DNA of 63,944 bases, the filler included, from Platydemus manokwari (lineage: Eukaryota), in assembly GCA_037951405.1 (NCBI GenBank). It is 5 parts of 5 records of this genome, joined end to end, with 100 filler letters (N's around TTAATTAATTAA, not from the genome) between each part and the next. Parts side by side here need not be neighbours in the genome. Positions count along the whole stretch, not along the records: positions 12,263 to 24,952 come from JBBMOY010012237.1; positions 25,053 to 42,888 come from JBBMOY010744425.1; 3 more parts are not named here. The stretch is one strand, 5' to 3'. The notes below the pieces were generated by a model that saw only the letters and a program-made list of their open reading frames with translations, searched no databases and had not been told where the DNA came from. The translations under genes and the position numbers were made by a program. Positions 23,466 through 38,886 of this stretch are shown here, piece after piece. Position 1 is the first letter of the stretch. Each line of letters opens with the position of its first letter.

Positions 23466-24846
23466 CTACATAAATAAAATATAGGCATCCCTCAAATCAT
23501 ATTGTTGGCAAAATGAAATAAAAAATTTATAAAATTTTGTGGAATCGATTGTTTTGAAAGATTGTAATCCATATCTACTGACTAGAGAAGAATGACATTG
23601 CAAGAGATATACTTACGTAAAACCAAAATCCAAGCCTGAATGTTAGGATAGTAAATTCGGTGTTTAAACAATTATATCGTGGAAGGCGAAAAGGAAAATA
23701 ATGTTTATCCTAGATGGACTACGAAAAAAATATCTGACATCTTGCCTTAAATCCATAATTCTTGGGAGTTTTTATTAGAATGGAAATTTTTAATGAGCCC
23801 CATAAAAGCTAAGTGGATAATTCGTTACCAAGGTAATTTAATCCTCACGAGAAAATGAGAGTATCAGTCATTAGATAACAACAGTTTATTAACGGATAAA
23901 TGCGTTGATCCAATAAATTTGAGGAAAGTGATGACTAAATTGAGTGCATAACTTGATTAATAATAATAAGTTATATACATCTTACGTTTATGGGGTGATT
24001 TTTAATAAATTATATCTACTTTAAATTGACAAAATATTGATTAAGAGACGGATTATACGAGAATAATACTTTAGAAATATAAGTATTTATGAATTTCTGC
24101 AAATCTAATAAAGTAATGAAAGAGATGAGAATGAGAATTTGGTGATCACTTTACTGAATATGTAGATTCAACCTACATTGAATATGATTGGAGTATTGAT
24201 TTAAAAAAAACTGTAAACGTATTTACCTAAAAAATCAGACAGGCTAGTCCTAATAAGAATGGTTGTTGACTCATTACAAAAATTACTCTCCAGCTGGTCA
24301 GTAATGACTACTGGTAGAATAACTTTAAAAACTGTGATGGGAAATTGTAGTTTCAAAAATATATTGGTGCTGCTTTGTGATTTCAGAAAAGCATATTTGA
24401 AAAATGATAAAATTTATGTATTAAAAGAAAATGTGCAAATCAAACAGAATCACAGAAAAAATTGTGTTAATCTATCTATAAAACTAAACGATATATAACA
24501 ACGGATATATTCCTTTTGAGCAGAACGTTTGGACTGAACGTAAAAGAAAAAGGTTTTTGAGACCAGAATTTTAAACAAATTAGGTTTTAATCTCAAGTGA
24601 AGACTACTTTGGTAAAACATAACTCTACAAAAGACAAATCGGTGACCCTCCATTCAACTCTTCCGAGCCACGGATCAAACGATAATCACAATTTCAAAGT
24701 AGAAATTTTTGCTTAATACAATTCTTCGTATGAAGGACTAGGTGTCGATGACCAAATTGTAAGGTTTTCTTGACGAATTGACAAACAAAGTGTCTGGTAA
24801 TATAGAAATGAGAGAATCCGATCGAATCAAGATAAAACCATAAAAA

Positions 24847-24952
24847 CAGTGGTTTCCAACCTTTTTGTACCGGTGCCCCCTTTAAAAAACAAATTGTTGC
24901 GTCCCATTAATTTATCTAAAAATCAAATTTAATAAATACTCAACTGATATTA
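24847..24952 (+). mobile_element. hAT MITE end, truncated by the gap
   Basis: Begins CAGTGGTTTCCAACCTTTTT..GGTGCCCCCT, a typical Buster/Charlie terminus. Confidence 0.6.
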
Positions 24953-25052
24953 NNNNNNNNNNNNNNNNNNNNNNNNNNNNNNNNNNNNNNNNNNNNTTAA
25001 TTAATTAANNNNNNNNNNNNNNNNNNNNNNNNNNNNNNNNNNNNNNNNNNNN
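24953..25052. other. Assembly linker
   Basis: 44 N + TTAATTAATTAA + 44 N. Confidence 0.98.
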
Positions 25053-28000
25053 GTTCAGCGTTATAACAATTTGTGTTAATAAAATACCTGCATAAAAACA
25101 TGAATAACTTTTGACTCAACCTGGTATTTAGAGAAATTTAAAATTAAAATTTAAAAGATTAAAATTAAAAATCACAAGCTCGTATTAAATATAAGTGTTG
25201 AAATGACGAAAAATATTTGTGCAGCTATTTAAAAAATGAAATCATCATAGAAAATATAATTAAAAAGTAAAAAATTAATAAATTACTAGAAGTGCATTTA
25301 TCTCTGACTGTTGATATACTGGAATGGTAACAACACTTTCAATTAGCATAAAATAAAGTTTGGTTTGCTCAATAAATTTATAATGTTAGAAAATCTGCCT
25401 AATTTCTCTCATTGCATTTATCATTCGCCCATAAGCTAGCCCAGAATGAAGGTCAAAATCGAATTCAATAATCAATAATCTTACCAAACATTCTCACAAG
25501 ATTCGCGAGCTTTAATTTTCCATCGTCTATCCTTGATTTTGTTTTAATCTCAATTTTATAATTATGGAACTTTTCTGTTCCCAACTAATAGTTTCAGCAA
25601 CTAATTCCATCAAAGCAGTGAGAATACTCGACAAATTAATATCTTTTTGCCACTGACCTGGTAAATATTGCTCACAATTTTGAAGATTGATGTTTTGAAT
25701 ATCTATATGACTTTTGAATGTTAAATCAATATAATTTTATAAATTTTCTTGATTATATTAATTCAAAGCAATTTATTCGATTATATATTTATTATATAAT
25801 TATCTTGTGGAATACGCAGCAATTTAATGCAGGATAAAGAAGTTTATATCGAGGAAATAAAAGGAGGAATAAATGGGTGAAATTACTTAGGAAATAACAA
25901 ATATTAAGAAAGAATACATACATATAAGAATATCATAAATAAATCCAAAAATCAAAAATACAATTTATTAGAAAATTAGTCTAATAAAAGTGTAAAGGCC
26001 TATTAAAGAAGTCGCGAATTGAGCAATGATACACTTCTACTACCATTGTGATTGATAGCTTATCATCACAACCTAAACTCCAAGTGAGAATCTCATTTCA
26101 GTAATGAATTTTTTATTTATTTTGACATTTCATTATCAAACCTGAAGAGCATTTTCGGTAAAGAAAAAATAACACAGCTAGCAAATTAAAACCTCTATTG
26201 GGTCGTCATTTAGAAGAACATCAATTGCTAATAGTTGTTATTCGTTTAGCATTAGATCGTAGCATGAATTTTAATTTTGTTCGTTATAATGGAGAAGTTC
26301 CATTCATGACGAACATACATAATTTCAATTTCATTATGTTTCAAATTTCATCAGCGAATCGGATATATATTACGTTTTGCTTTTATTATTCGTAATTAGT
26401 ATTTCTTGTTTTGGAGTTTGGTCTTAAGTATTTATATTTTATAAAATGAATTGTTTCGTAACCTACCAATTGCATGTTGAATTTAATATTTGATATTTGG
26501 TAATTACAAGTTCTCACTTTATTATTATATTGAATTATAATATCTTGACAATGACCGAAACAACAATGATTGCTTTCGACCTTAATTCTGTTTCTGCTTT
26601 GTGTTATTCTTGTTCTTCGATTTCATATTAATATACTTTGAAGTTGTAGTTTGTTTCATTCAGAATAATTATTTACTTTATTCAGCTGAGAATTTTATCG
26701 TTGCATTAAGAGATCATTATATCTAGTTCAGAATAACTTTGCCGTTGACAATGTACCTCACAAGGGCTTTTGATAAAAATTTCAATATTGAAAATGTCCG
26801 ATTTATAGAGTAAACAAATTCATGGATAGCAAAACCACAACAAAGGTTAGAAGTAATTAATAATAAATTCCTGATTTCATTGTCATATCACTCATAGAAG
26901 TTTGTAGAAAATTTACCGAACCGAGAACAAAATCTGCACTTCATATCCACCACATGACATATTTTAAACTTTCCTTTAAATTTTAAAAAATGAAAGTTTT
27001 TACATTGTCATATTAAAATTATTTTTAAAAATGCCATATGAGGTTATGAATGAAATAATAAATTAAATTTAAATCATTACAATCAATTAAAATTTAAATT
27101 TAAATGAAAATGTTACAATTAATAGTATGTGGAATCATTTAAGGTGATCACTAATAATCAGTTATAAAATTATTATTATTATTGAATCTATACTGAGAAA
27201 ATTTCCTTTTAAGTATTATTTTTATGCTAATAATTGAGATAATGATTCAGACAAAAATTAACATTTAATTAATTAACTACAAAAACAGTCTAAAACGATC
27301 AAAGATTACTCTTTCATTTATGATATTCATGAACAATCTAAAGCCGACTACTGACTTTTTTTCAATTGATCCGGAATTTATAAGTCTATTATAAGCCATA
27401 TGTCAAATATTATAGTCAATTATTCGTGTCTTAATTGTATGATGTCTTTGCTATTAAACCATATTGTAAATATAGTAATTAAAATACAGAAAATTATTAA
27501 AAATGGTAAGATAGCATCGAAATTGATTTTCACAATATCAACTGAAGGCCAATGTACAAAAATTATCATTACTCAAAACCTTGTCAAATACATATATAGC
27601 AATACTAAATTTCCCATGGAAATTGTAGTATAAAACATTGCATAAATTAATGGATAACTTGTAGTGATAATTTTAAATTCTTAAATAGAACGCCAAAATT
27701 GTATTTACAACTGAGGATTTGTCAAATAAATTTAATTGTTTGAACTTTATTAACGTCCCTCAAATTTTTAAAAATTCTAATGTACAATACAATATTTAAT
27801 TTATATTTGAGTTCAAAATTATAGAGCAAAATTATACGACCTCAAATATTAAAATTTAAATTTAATAAATTTGATGTACAATTTAAAACAATCCAGATGA
27901 ATAAATAGATTTAAAAATAAATTTTTAATTATAATGAATTTAATATCTATTCTAAACAGATACTTGAGGTTTTATAGTTGTAAGACTGAGTTGCTTCTTT

Positions 28001-31000
28001 TCTGAGATTATCTGATGAGTTACGGTAAAAATATAAAAGCTTTAGATGTCGAAAAATAGTAATTGATTATTCGTCGCTGATGAAGAAAGAATGCTACTAA
28101 TTATAGTGGTTAAGCAATTCCCGGCAAAACTACGTGTAACATGAGATTTTGTTTTTAATAAAAACAATGCCAAATGACAGAAATTCGCAGTGATGAAAAT
28201 CTTTGACAAGGAAATTATCAATAAAATTTAAACCCTGAAATGCAAAGGAAAATAAAATAATAATTACAATAGGATCATATAAATTTAATATCTTTTGATT
28301 TCACAATTAAAAATTTTCTTATTTAATCTTATATAAATATTCAAAAATAGGAAAGAAATTTCAATTATAGGAAAATAACGTAAAATACTAATGAAAGATT
28401 GTATCCATATAAAACCAATTATATATATTTTCAAAATCTAAATATCAATTATACTTAAAATTCTCTCATCGATCCATTAAATCCTGTCTCATTTAGGATA
28501 ATCAATTTTACATCAGATTCGTGAACCATGTTCTAATCCATCAGCTTAATTGATTTTAAACTAAAACCTGTTTGACAATTTGGTCTTAAATTTAAATTCT
28601 TTCAAATTATCAATTTGAGCCTCTGTATGATTTCGACCCTATATTAAACCGGCTTTCTTAATTTGAAGATAAATGTAAATGTTTAATTAAATAAATTAAA
28701 TTGAAAATCTCAACAATTTTCGAAAACTACTTTATGTAATGAAATAAGAAAAAATTATTGTGTTATGTTTGAACCTTGTAAGGTTTATTATCAATAATGA
28801 TTTTATTCCATTTGTTATCAATGTCATCTCAACCAGTCTCAGTGAGTTCGTATGAAGTCCACGGATATAATATAGATTATTGAGTTTATTCGCTGCTTAG
28901 CATAACCTTATTGCATGATTATTCAATTTAAATACAAGGATGTTATTGTAAAAGTGTTCGAATTACATATTTTTGAAAAAAGTTAAATAGACACTCAAAA
29001 AACCAATAAAAATTTTCATTGAAATATACACTATAATTAAACAACATTAGGATAATTTCTAAGTTCAAATTTTCTTAATACATGTTTAATCTATAGATTC
29101 ACGTTATTACTAAACACTTTAAACTATTGAATTTTTCCAGGCAGTTTTAAAATTCGTTTTTATTGGTAAATATATTTTTTTAATTATGACAAATATTAAA
29201 TTTCTACATATAGATGTTATATAACGTTAAAACTAATCATTAATAGACATTAATAAATAATAGTAAGCAACCTTCACTTAAATATTTTATTATACACCAT
29301 TTACCTTAAAACTCGTAATAATCTACTAAGATTTAGTGGAACACAAATAAAGTTTGAATTTGACATCAGTAATATCAAAGTGTTACTTAAAATTTCTGGT
29401 CCAAGAAATAAATTTCAAAATTTTAATTTCATACATTGTATTATTGAAAAGAGGTAATCAACGAATAAATTACTTAAAAATTAAAATGGAATCTCATAAA
29501 AAATGTTTTGTAGAGATGATTTGTCTCTACCTAAAGTTACAAATACATGGAATAGGAATGCATTGATCTTTGATTTTTTTTCAAACATGTAGTTAAAATA
29601 CAATATTATTGGAAAGATAAATATCTTAAAACAAAATAAATAATAAATGAATCCACTCAATGCCTTAATAAAAATAATAGCCTTGCAATTATTAAACTTG
29701 AATTATTAATGTTTCAGATCTCAATGACAATTAAATTTAGTTAAAACTTAATACTATTATAAATGTAGCTATATTTAGCAGATGAAAAACTTAAATAATA
29801 TAATTTGGAACAAAACTGCTAAAAAATTAATCACAATTAGGGAATATATTATAAAAGGAGACCCTCTTACAGGTATGTCAGATTAAAGGCTTATAGAATT
29901 CTATAAAACATTAAAAAAATAAACAAAAATATTTCCCATTTCAATTAAAATCGTCTGCACTGCAAAATATAGAAATTATTTATTTTGTCAAAACACAAAG
30001 ATCTGGTCACTAATGCGAAAATCGACTTTTTCGATGGAAAAAGATTTAAATTCGTTTCTAAAATATTTAAAATCCGGTGGAATCTTTTTGGGTAGAGAAA
30101 GGTCATATAAAAATAATCTATATTCTAGCGAGAATTATTATACCAATCGCTTATCTTATAACAATTCAATTCAGATATGGAAATCAAGGAGAATTGGAAT
30201 TTATCTACCACTAGAGGCCAGCTCAGATCATACTGAGAGCGTGATGTTTAAGGAAAATGAAAATCAAACAAATTTGAATTCGAGATCCAAAAAGTAGTGA
30301 TGAAATTGGAACTTCGACACATTGATGATATGACTGAAAGTAAAAATTTTGGAAGTGATCACAAAAACCAAGACCATTAAATAGATCGTTTAAAAAACAA
30401 TACATGAACCAGACGATAAATTAATATTTAAAAAATGAAAGCAAATATTGAAATGACTGGAATTTGTTTATGTAAATAACATCCAATTGGATACCACTCA
30501 GTTTACATAGACAAATACACTGACAAGAAGAACTGGTAAAAAATTTAGAACATTTATGAGAATTACGATTTTATTAAAGCGAAAACTATTATTATCCGAA
30601 ATGTTTTATGGAAAAGTAGTTGAATATTTTGGAAATTAACAAAAACTATATTATGTGATAGGTTGAACATATAGTTTATCTTTGAATCAAAATAATAATT
30701 TTATTCATGTATAATTATACTTTCTCAATCATAAGATAAGAAGAGAAATATTTAATGAAAAAACAACCGATCCAAGAATAATTCAAAATAAACTATTTAA
30801 ACAATCTTGTGTTGTTTTCGCTAATAAATTTGACAGCAGATAAAGCTTTAAAATTCAATGCTGAACCTAAATATTGGGTTAATACAACCACAAAATACCA
30901 TGTAACATAGATGAACCTAAATTATATATAATTAACGAATATAATTCATAAGAGATGAATGATTTTTCCATATGTTAAATCAAAGAAATCCTTTTCTTAC

Positions 31001-31794
31001 AGAAATTTGCAGATTTCTAAGCATGTAATATATAATAATTTCATTCGAAGTTGAGAATTTGAATCACTATTTTGAATGACCACTTTAAAATGATTCAATT
31101 TAACCGACATTAAATCAAATCTTATTTCAGCAATTACTATAATCTCTGGATTTTCGCGACTGTCGAGTAATACGTTAAGTATAAAATTCAATATTAGACA
31201 ACTGCTGAGTTATAATACTAGGATTTTAATTATAATAATAAATTTAACATTCTTTTTTTAAGTCGATCGCTCTCCCAATTCAGGTTGTAAATCCTCCCTT
31301 ATTTATTAAAAAAAATTATTTGTCATTCTATAAATTACTTCAAAAGATGTCTGATTTTGTATCAATCTTTTAAATTTATTTAGATTCTTCATATATATAT
31401 TTTTGAATATTTATGCAAGCATTTAAATCGAGTTCTTAAGTTCATCGGAATTTGTTTTGATTAAATGAAACACATTAATATTAATTTACATTTTAAATTT
31501 TATATAAATTAATGACTTAAAATTCATTTAAATAATCTTAATTAATTACATATATTATTTTAAATCTTTTGTGTAGAATTCAAATTCAGAGGTAAATTTT
31601 AATTATTTTTACAATTCTGAAGGAAGATGTGCTTGATCCTTTGTATTTTAGTGTTGTACAATTTGTTTTAATATTTGCATTATTAAATTTGATTAAATAA
31701 TTTGATACATTTTCGTAAATTTTATCTAAATTAAATAATTTTCAATTTAAATAAATTTCTTATATTTTTGTGCAGATTATTTTGTATCAAAAGA

Positions 31795-34700
31795 ATGAAC
31801 GATAATGGATTAGAATTTTTTATTGATGATTTTGAGAGCTGTATAAACGAAGTTGTTATTTCTGGTAACGAGTGTATAGAAAATGATGAGGATGAAATAT
31901 CCTCCGAAAATCTTATATCAGAGAATTTAACTCTTTTGAATGAGGAATCTTATTTAAGTGAATCTACTGAACCAATGACAGATTCGGATGCTCAGTCGAA
32001 TTATACGTTGTATGATCATATTGAAAATTTTAAAAATGAAACAACCACTTTCCGAGATATTAGTAATAGTAACCAATTATCTCATAGATGTCATAAAGCA
32101 CCAAAAAGGAAAAGAAAGTCAAACAATGATTCTGAAACAGAACCTATAACAAAATTAAAGAAAACTGATTTGGATGCTCAGTCTGAGTATTATGTTGGTA
32201 GGATATTGTGGGCGAAAGTTAAATCACATCCTTGGTGGCCATGTATGATTTTTCAAAGTCCAGATAACAATTTTTATAGAGAATTAAGTACGAAAAAAAC
32301 TATACATGTTGCTTATTTTGGACCCCACGTGGAAAGAGGCTGGGTTAATGTTAAAGATACAATGCAATTTGAAGGGAAAGTTAAATTCGATGAATATGTA
32401 AAGCAACTACATGAAAATAATGCACCGAAATATGTACGGAGTTTGATAAATTGAAATTATATATTATTTAATATATCACGAAATAGATTTTACAACAATT
32501 TTCCGTTTCATCATCTAAATTGCAAACATTTAATGAATCCTGGAAAGAAGCTGAAGAAGCAATGTTGATGTCTTTGGAAGATCGTATTCAAGTTCATGGA
32601 ATATCATATAGAAGTAAATTACCATATGTTTTTCTTTGAATATTTTTCCAACTGAAAATCTTCAGAATTATATGGTGACAGTTCAAGTTCGGACAGTGAC
32701 GATGACGTTTCTAAAATCGCTCCAACGAAAACCACAAGAGAAAATAATAAAAATGAATTGTTGAAAAAAACGAAAATGTCCCTTACAAATGATAACCAGG
32801 TTTGGATTTTGGTTGACGAAAAATGGGCTGGGTTTTATTTGAAAATATATATTTTTTCAGTTTGAATTTGAACGTTTAAAATTACCGGCATTTAACAATT
32901 GTAAACGAATTTCGATCTGTTTTCTCTGTTTGGAAGAGAACGATGAATCGACTGGCAATGTTATCGTTAATTGTGCCGGCTGTTGTGGACAACAATTTCA
33001 TTTGACATGCTTGAGAGTTTTATTCGATTATTTGACATCGAAAGATGTGACAACAAAAGAAATCAGTTATGATAAATGTGTCGATTGCAACCGAAACGTG
33101 CGCCGATGTTTTGTTTGTCAAGTTTGTTTATTAGTTATTGGAATTTCAGCTGTATTTATCAATGCATTTCTTTGCAATTGTTTCAGAAAGTGGAAAACAT
33201 CAATAAAAAGGATGATATGATCAAATGTTCAGCTAGTATTTGTGGGAGATATTTCCATCAGAAATGCTTGTATCCTGGTCCATTTGAACATATGATGACG
33301 CACAGTAGAAATGGATCTCTCACGTGTCCATCACACATCTGTCATGCCTGTTATATTGATGATCCAGGATCGGTGAGGCATTGTACCAGTCATGTTCGAT
33401 GCTTGATGTGTCCAGCTGCCTTTCATCGTGGCGAATGGTGCATTCCGGCTGGTTCGAAGGAGGTTGTTTTGATTTATTTGGATTGTATTTATTATTAATT
33501 ATTTTGAAATGATTTCTCATAATTATTAATTGTAGTGTTTTGTCTGTTTTAAATATTTTTAATGGTAACCATGGTGATGGAACTTGAGAACATTATAAGA
33601 GCTTCCATTTTGGTCATAAACAATTGGATGGTGATCATTGTCGCTAGTTCATTGAGCTTTATTCATTAATAAATATAAATAAATAATAATTAATATGCTG
33701 ATTCTTATGAGCGTTGTGGTGGAACTAAAATATGTCAAATCCCCAATCAGTGATTGGTTGGTTCGACAGCTTTCATCATTGATTATATATAATTATTTAT
33801 AAATAAGCTGCAAAATTTGCCCCGTGGTTAAAATTTGAAGCTATTTTATATGCTGTTTCGATTGAATTCCCGATTATTATCGATATATTTGTGAAATCAG
33901 TTCGTCACGCTTGACTTGCTATATAATCGAACGCAAAAATCTTTATCTTTGATTCGATTCATTTATTGACTTTAGCGATTTAATTGATTCTGTGATCAAA
34001 TATTTCTTTTTCATATAACATTTCCATTTGGATGTAAATGGATATTTGATTCTATAATAAATAACAGCTCATATATTTGGTACTTTTCATTGGATATTCA
34101 TGATTTCCAGATATTTTTATCATCTCTAATAATATAAAAATTAGTGGAAGATTCATTTTCTTAAATGATTTTAGAACGCGCGATTCCATAATGGCGATTA
34201 CACAATAATCACATTTAATAGGTTTTTGGTTCACTTGTTGGTAAAATGATCCTGATGGAATTGAAATATATCGCCATTTTCAGTTTTATTTATCGTTAAT
34301 AATATTGTGCATTGATATAATATGTATTTATATGATTATTATTATTATTACATTATAATGAGTTCAAATCATGTCACCACAAATTGATATAAATATGAAT
34401 TTCAACCAAATGAATACCGATTACGTAATGACTTTTTCAATACACGTTTGTATTTCTACTATTCGATGGATTCCATTAATGATTTTTATCAATGATTTTT
34501 CTCATCATTTATCAATATATAATCACACTATTCGTTCAATTTCATTTCTTTCCATCCTAAAGAGATATTCGATAAAATTTATTGATAATCACGTTAATTA
34601 TAAATAAAACATTTATCCCTTTTTTCTCGTTATAAATTTTCTGTTGTATTTTGAGAAAAAATTCCCCATATACCCTTACAATGAAAATTAAAACGTTCCC

Positions 34701-37693
34701 TTTAATATGTTACCTATTATTTTATCATTTTTATCTTTAATATTTATCGTTGTTTTTTCAAAATTCTAGATTAGTGCCCATTACATCATCTGTCCACAAC
34801 ATTTACCAATGGGTGGTGCTTCAGATATTACAATTTCCCCATTTATAGATTGTGTCAAAAATGGCATTATTAAATTGAATTCCATTCACTTTAAGATAAC
34901 ATCTTTCAATGATCCAACCAATAAAGATCTTTGGCAATTAAATCGACCATTTAGATCCCATAAATCCCGACCCAACAATGTGACCTGGTGTTTTCTCTGT
35001 TCAAAGGGTGGTAATTTGGTTTGTTGTGAAAAATGTCCAGCATCATTCCATCAAAAATGTGCTGATATTAAAGATGTAACTATTGTTGATTATGTTTATT
35101 CCATTATTTATTGATTGTCAAACAATGAAGCTGCCGGAAATGTTTATATGTGAAGAATGTCAGATTGGGAAATATCCTCGCTATGGAGAGATATATTGGC
35201 TGAAAATCGGTAGTTATCGATGGTGGCCAGGTCAAATCATTCATCCGACAAATGCTCCGGAACGTGTTCTTAAAGCTCCTCATGGTGAAGGTCAATTTCT
35301 TGTGAGATTTTTCGGAACAAATGATTACTATTGGATGAACAAGACGCACGCTTTTCCTTTTGAAGAAGGCGATGATTTGGTTTGATTTGATTCGTGATTT
35401 AACATCTTAATCACACCAATCAGACCGGCGATTCGAAAAAGATAATGAATGATAACAGTTCAATGGACGATTCATCAATTGAAATTGAAGAAAATAGCAA
35501 TCGAAAATTGGATCGTCAATATCAGATCAGTTTGAAAATTGCTGGAAAAGCATTGGCTTCACGATCCATTAAATGGTTGGCATTGGTTGATCAGAAAAAC
35601 AAACCCAGCCAATATCGGTCAATTAAAGTGGAATTTGTATATTATCGCTCAATTAATCTCGCTTTCTAAACATAGACCAACATTCCAATAGGCAATGTGA
35701 GAATCAACAAACTCGTCGATCTGTCGGAAGCACCACAATGTGAATGTCGACCGGACAATGCTAAAAACAATCAGGATCCATGTGGCCAATCGAGTGATTG
35801 CATGAATCGTGAACTGATGTACGAATGTCATCCTCAAATATGCCGCAACGGGGATAAATGTCGCAATCAGCGATTTATTCGTCGAGAATATCCCAAACAG
35901 GAAATATTTCATACCAATGATCGAGGATGGGCTTTGCGTGTTCTCGAGCCTCTTAAAAAGGTTTTTTTTATCGATTTGTTACATTTTGATTATGAGATAC
36001 AACTCAATTGATTTTCATCTTAATAATTAATTAATAATTAATTAGTTAATTAATTAGTTATTACATGTCCAATGGGATTAATGTCACACCTTATATATTT
36101 TTTAATGATAACATGGTTCCATATGATCTGTAAAGAATCAATAAATGACATGAGTGAATTGTATCATCAGACCGTGATAGTCCAATCAAATCATTATCAA
36201 TATTATTATTATTATAACCATTCATTTGATTTGAAATTATATTTCTGAATTGTGCACTGTTTTGACGATTGGTTTAGGGGGATTTTGTCAATGAATATGT
36301 TGGAGAATTGATCGATGAAGCGGAAGCCAGTCGACGATTAACGAGAGCTCATCATAATAATATCACCAATTTCTACATGATGGAATTAGATGGTCAAAGA
36401 ATCATCGATGCAGGTCCAGCGGCTAATCTCAGCCGATTCATGAACCATTCGTGCTCTCCGAATTTGTGTACGCAAAAATGGACGGTTAATGGTGACACAA
36501 GAATTGGATTGTTTGCACTCCAGTATGTACAATCACTATTATTTAACTTGTTATCAATAATTTCGTAATTAATTAATTAAAAATTAATTAATTAAAATTA
36601 CTAAGCAATTTATGCGATAATTATATAGCTCAACACAAAACGAAATCTTTAAAAATATTTATTATTATTTGTTAATTTTTTATGTTTTAATTCATTTTAA
36701 AAACTTTATTTCAATTTTTTCATATAAAATTTAACGGATAAAAATTGCTTTATATATTAAAAATGATTTTGATAAAATATAAAAAATTTTAATCAATATT
36801 TTAAAATAATTCATGGCTTTAATTTTCGGGAATTTTTCTCATAATTAAGCGATTTTTTTTAAAAATATATATATATTTGAATATCCAATGTGAGATTTAA
36901 AAAATGATGAATATTTCAATGAAATTTTGAAAATGTTTTGATTTATAATTTTCAGTGATATTAAACCTGGTGAAGAATTAACATTCAATTATAATTTCTT
37001 TTCGCTTGGACAAACAAAAATTCAATGTAAATGTGGTGCCAGTAATTGTTCTGGTTTTTTAGGTGATCCACCGAAAAATGTTTCATCGTCATCAGACATT
37101 GTCAGTTTATGTAAAGATCGAAATTCCGAATGTAAAAAATCAAAAAATGTTCCAAATAAAAAATCCGAAAAGAAAGTTTTAACACAACAGAAGAAAAATT
37201 CAGTGAATAAAAAATCAAAGAAATATAAGGCTTCCGAACTACTGACATCGTCGTCATTGCCTTTGGATGATTTCGTTGAAGATTGCTATAGATGTGGAGA
37301 GTGTGCTGGAGAGTTAATTTGTTCATATGATGATTGCTCGAGAGTTTATCATTTGGAATGTGTTGATTTGAAACATAAACCCAAATCATTGTGGCTGTGC
37401 CCATTGCATTACTGTGATGATTGTGGTCGATTTTCAGATCATTTTTGTACCGAATGTACTACATCCTTTTGCAGCTTACATCGACCGGAACAATTGTCAG
37501 TTTCATTAAACGAATTTGTAAAGATTTTAATTATAAGTCAAAAATCATATTATTAAAATTTTGTATTTAGATTTGCTCTAATCACGAAGATTATTTTTTA
37601 TCTCACGGTAGTCCTTCAGAGTCTCAAAATGGCAGCACAAACGCAGCATTTTCTATTAATGGGACAGATTCATTACCAAGCATTTCTATTTAA
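31795..37693 (+). CDS. NSD: NSD-family histone H3K36 methyltransferase (PWWP, PHD fingers, PWWP, AWS, SET, post-SET, PHD-C5HCH)
   Basis: Multi-exon gene. PWWP motifs [11 protein letters not shown] and [14 protein letters not shown] fingers including [63 protein letters not shown], post-[16 protein letters not shown] and a terminal PHD/C5HCH. Last exon 37571-37693. Confidence 0.95.
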
Positions 37694-37925
37694 TAAAAAG
37701 ATTTTATTCGAGAAAAGTTTCATTATTATAAGTTTTATTGGTAAATGTTTATTAGTGTATTATTTTATAAATTTAAGAATTTGTTATTATAAAATTAAAA
37801 TTTTCAAATGTGTTAAATTTTAATACTTTATTAAAAATTTGAAATAAAATTTATTTTAAAAATAATAAAATAAAGATTTAACTTTGTTTAAATAAGATAA
37901 TATAATTAGATATATAAAATTTGAA

Positions 37926-38486
<561 letters not shown>

Positions 38487-38886
38487 TTTTTTAAATAAAA
38501 TTTTGGATATAACATTTTGATTCTTATATTTTTTATAATTAGTTAAAATTAGAGTTTGAAAATCGTTTATTTAATGTTAATTAATTACGTTAAAAATTTA
38601 AAACGTAATCTTTAAATTGAGAGGATGTTCTGGTTAATTTTCTATACCAATGTGTGTGTATTTCTGTGTGTCAAGCACGTCTGCGATATCGTACAAGCAT
38701 ATCTAAGTTAACGTGAATGCGTGCGTGAACTAAATCAATTTTGCAGTGTGTGAAGGAATACAACAATATTGGGTAGGATATATTTTACGTGCAGCAATTC
38801 TTGTTCTCTGTTAAATCTGTGTGCTCTACGTCAGCGTAGTTAAAATTTACTTGATTGAAATAACATTTAGATTTTTAGTCATTTTA

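Noticed and set aside
26330-26360. Minus-strand CTGATGA-AATTT-GAAAC as a minimal hammerhead ribozyme
   Set aside because: No stem III with an NUH cleavage triplet and no stem I pairing. Similar partial cores at ~2990, ~28012 and ~48827 also fail.
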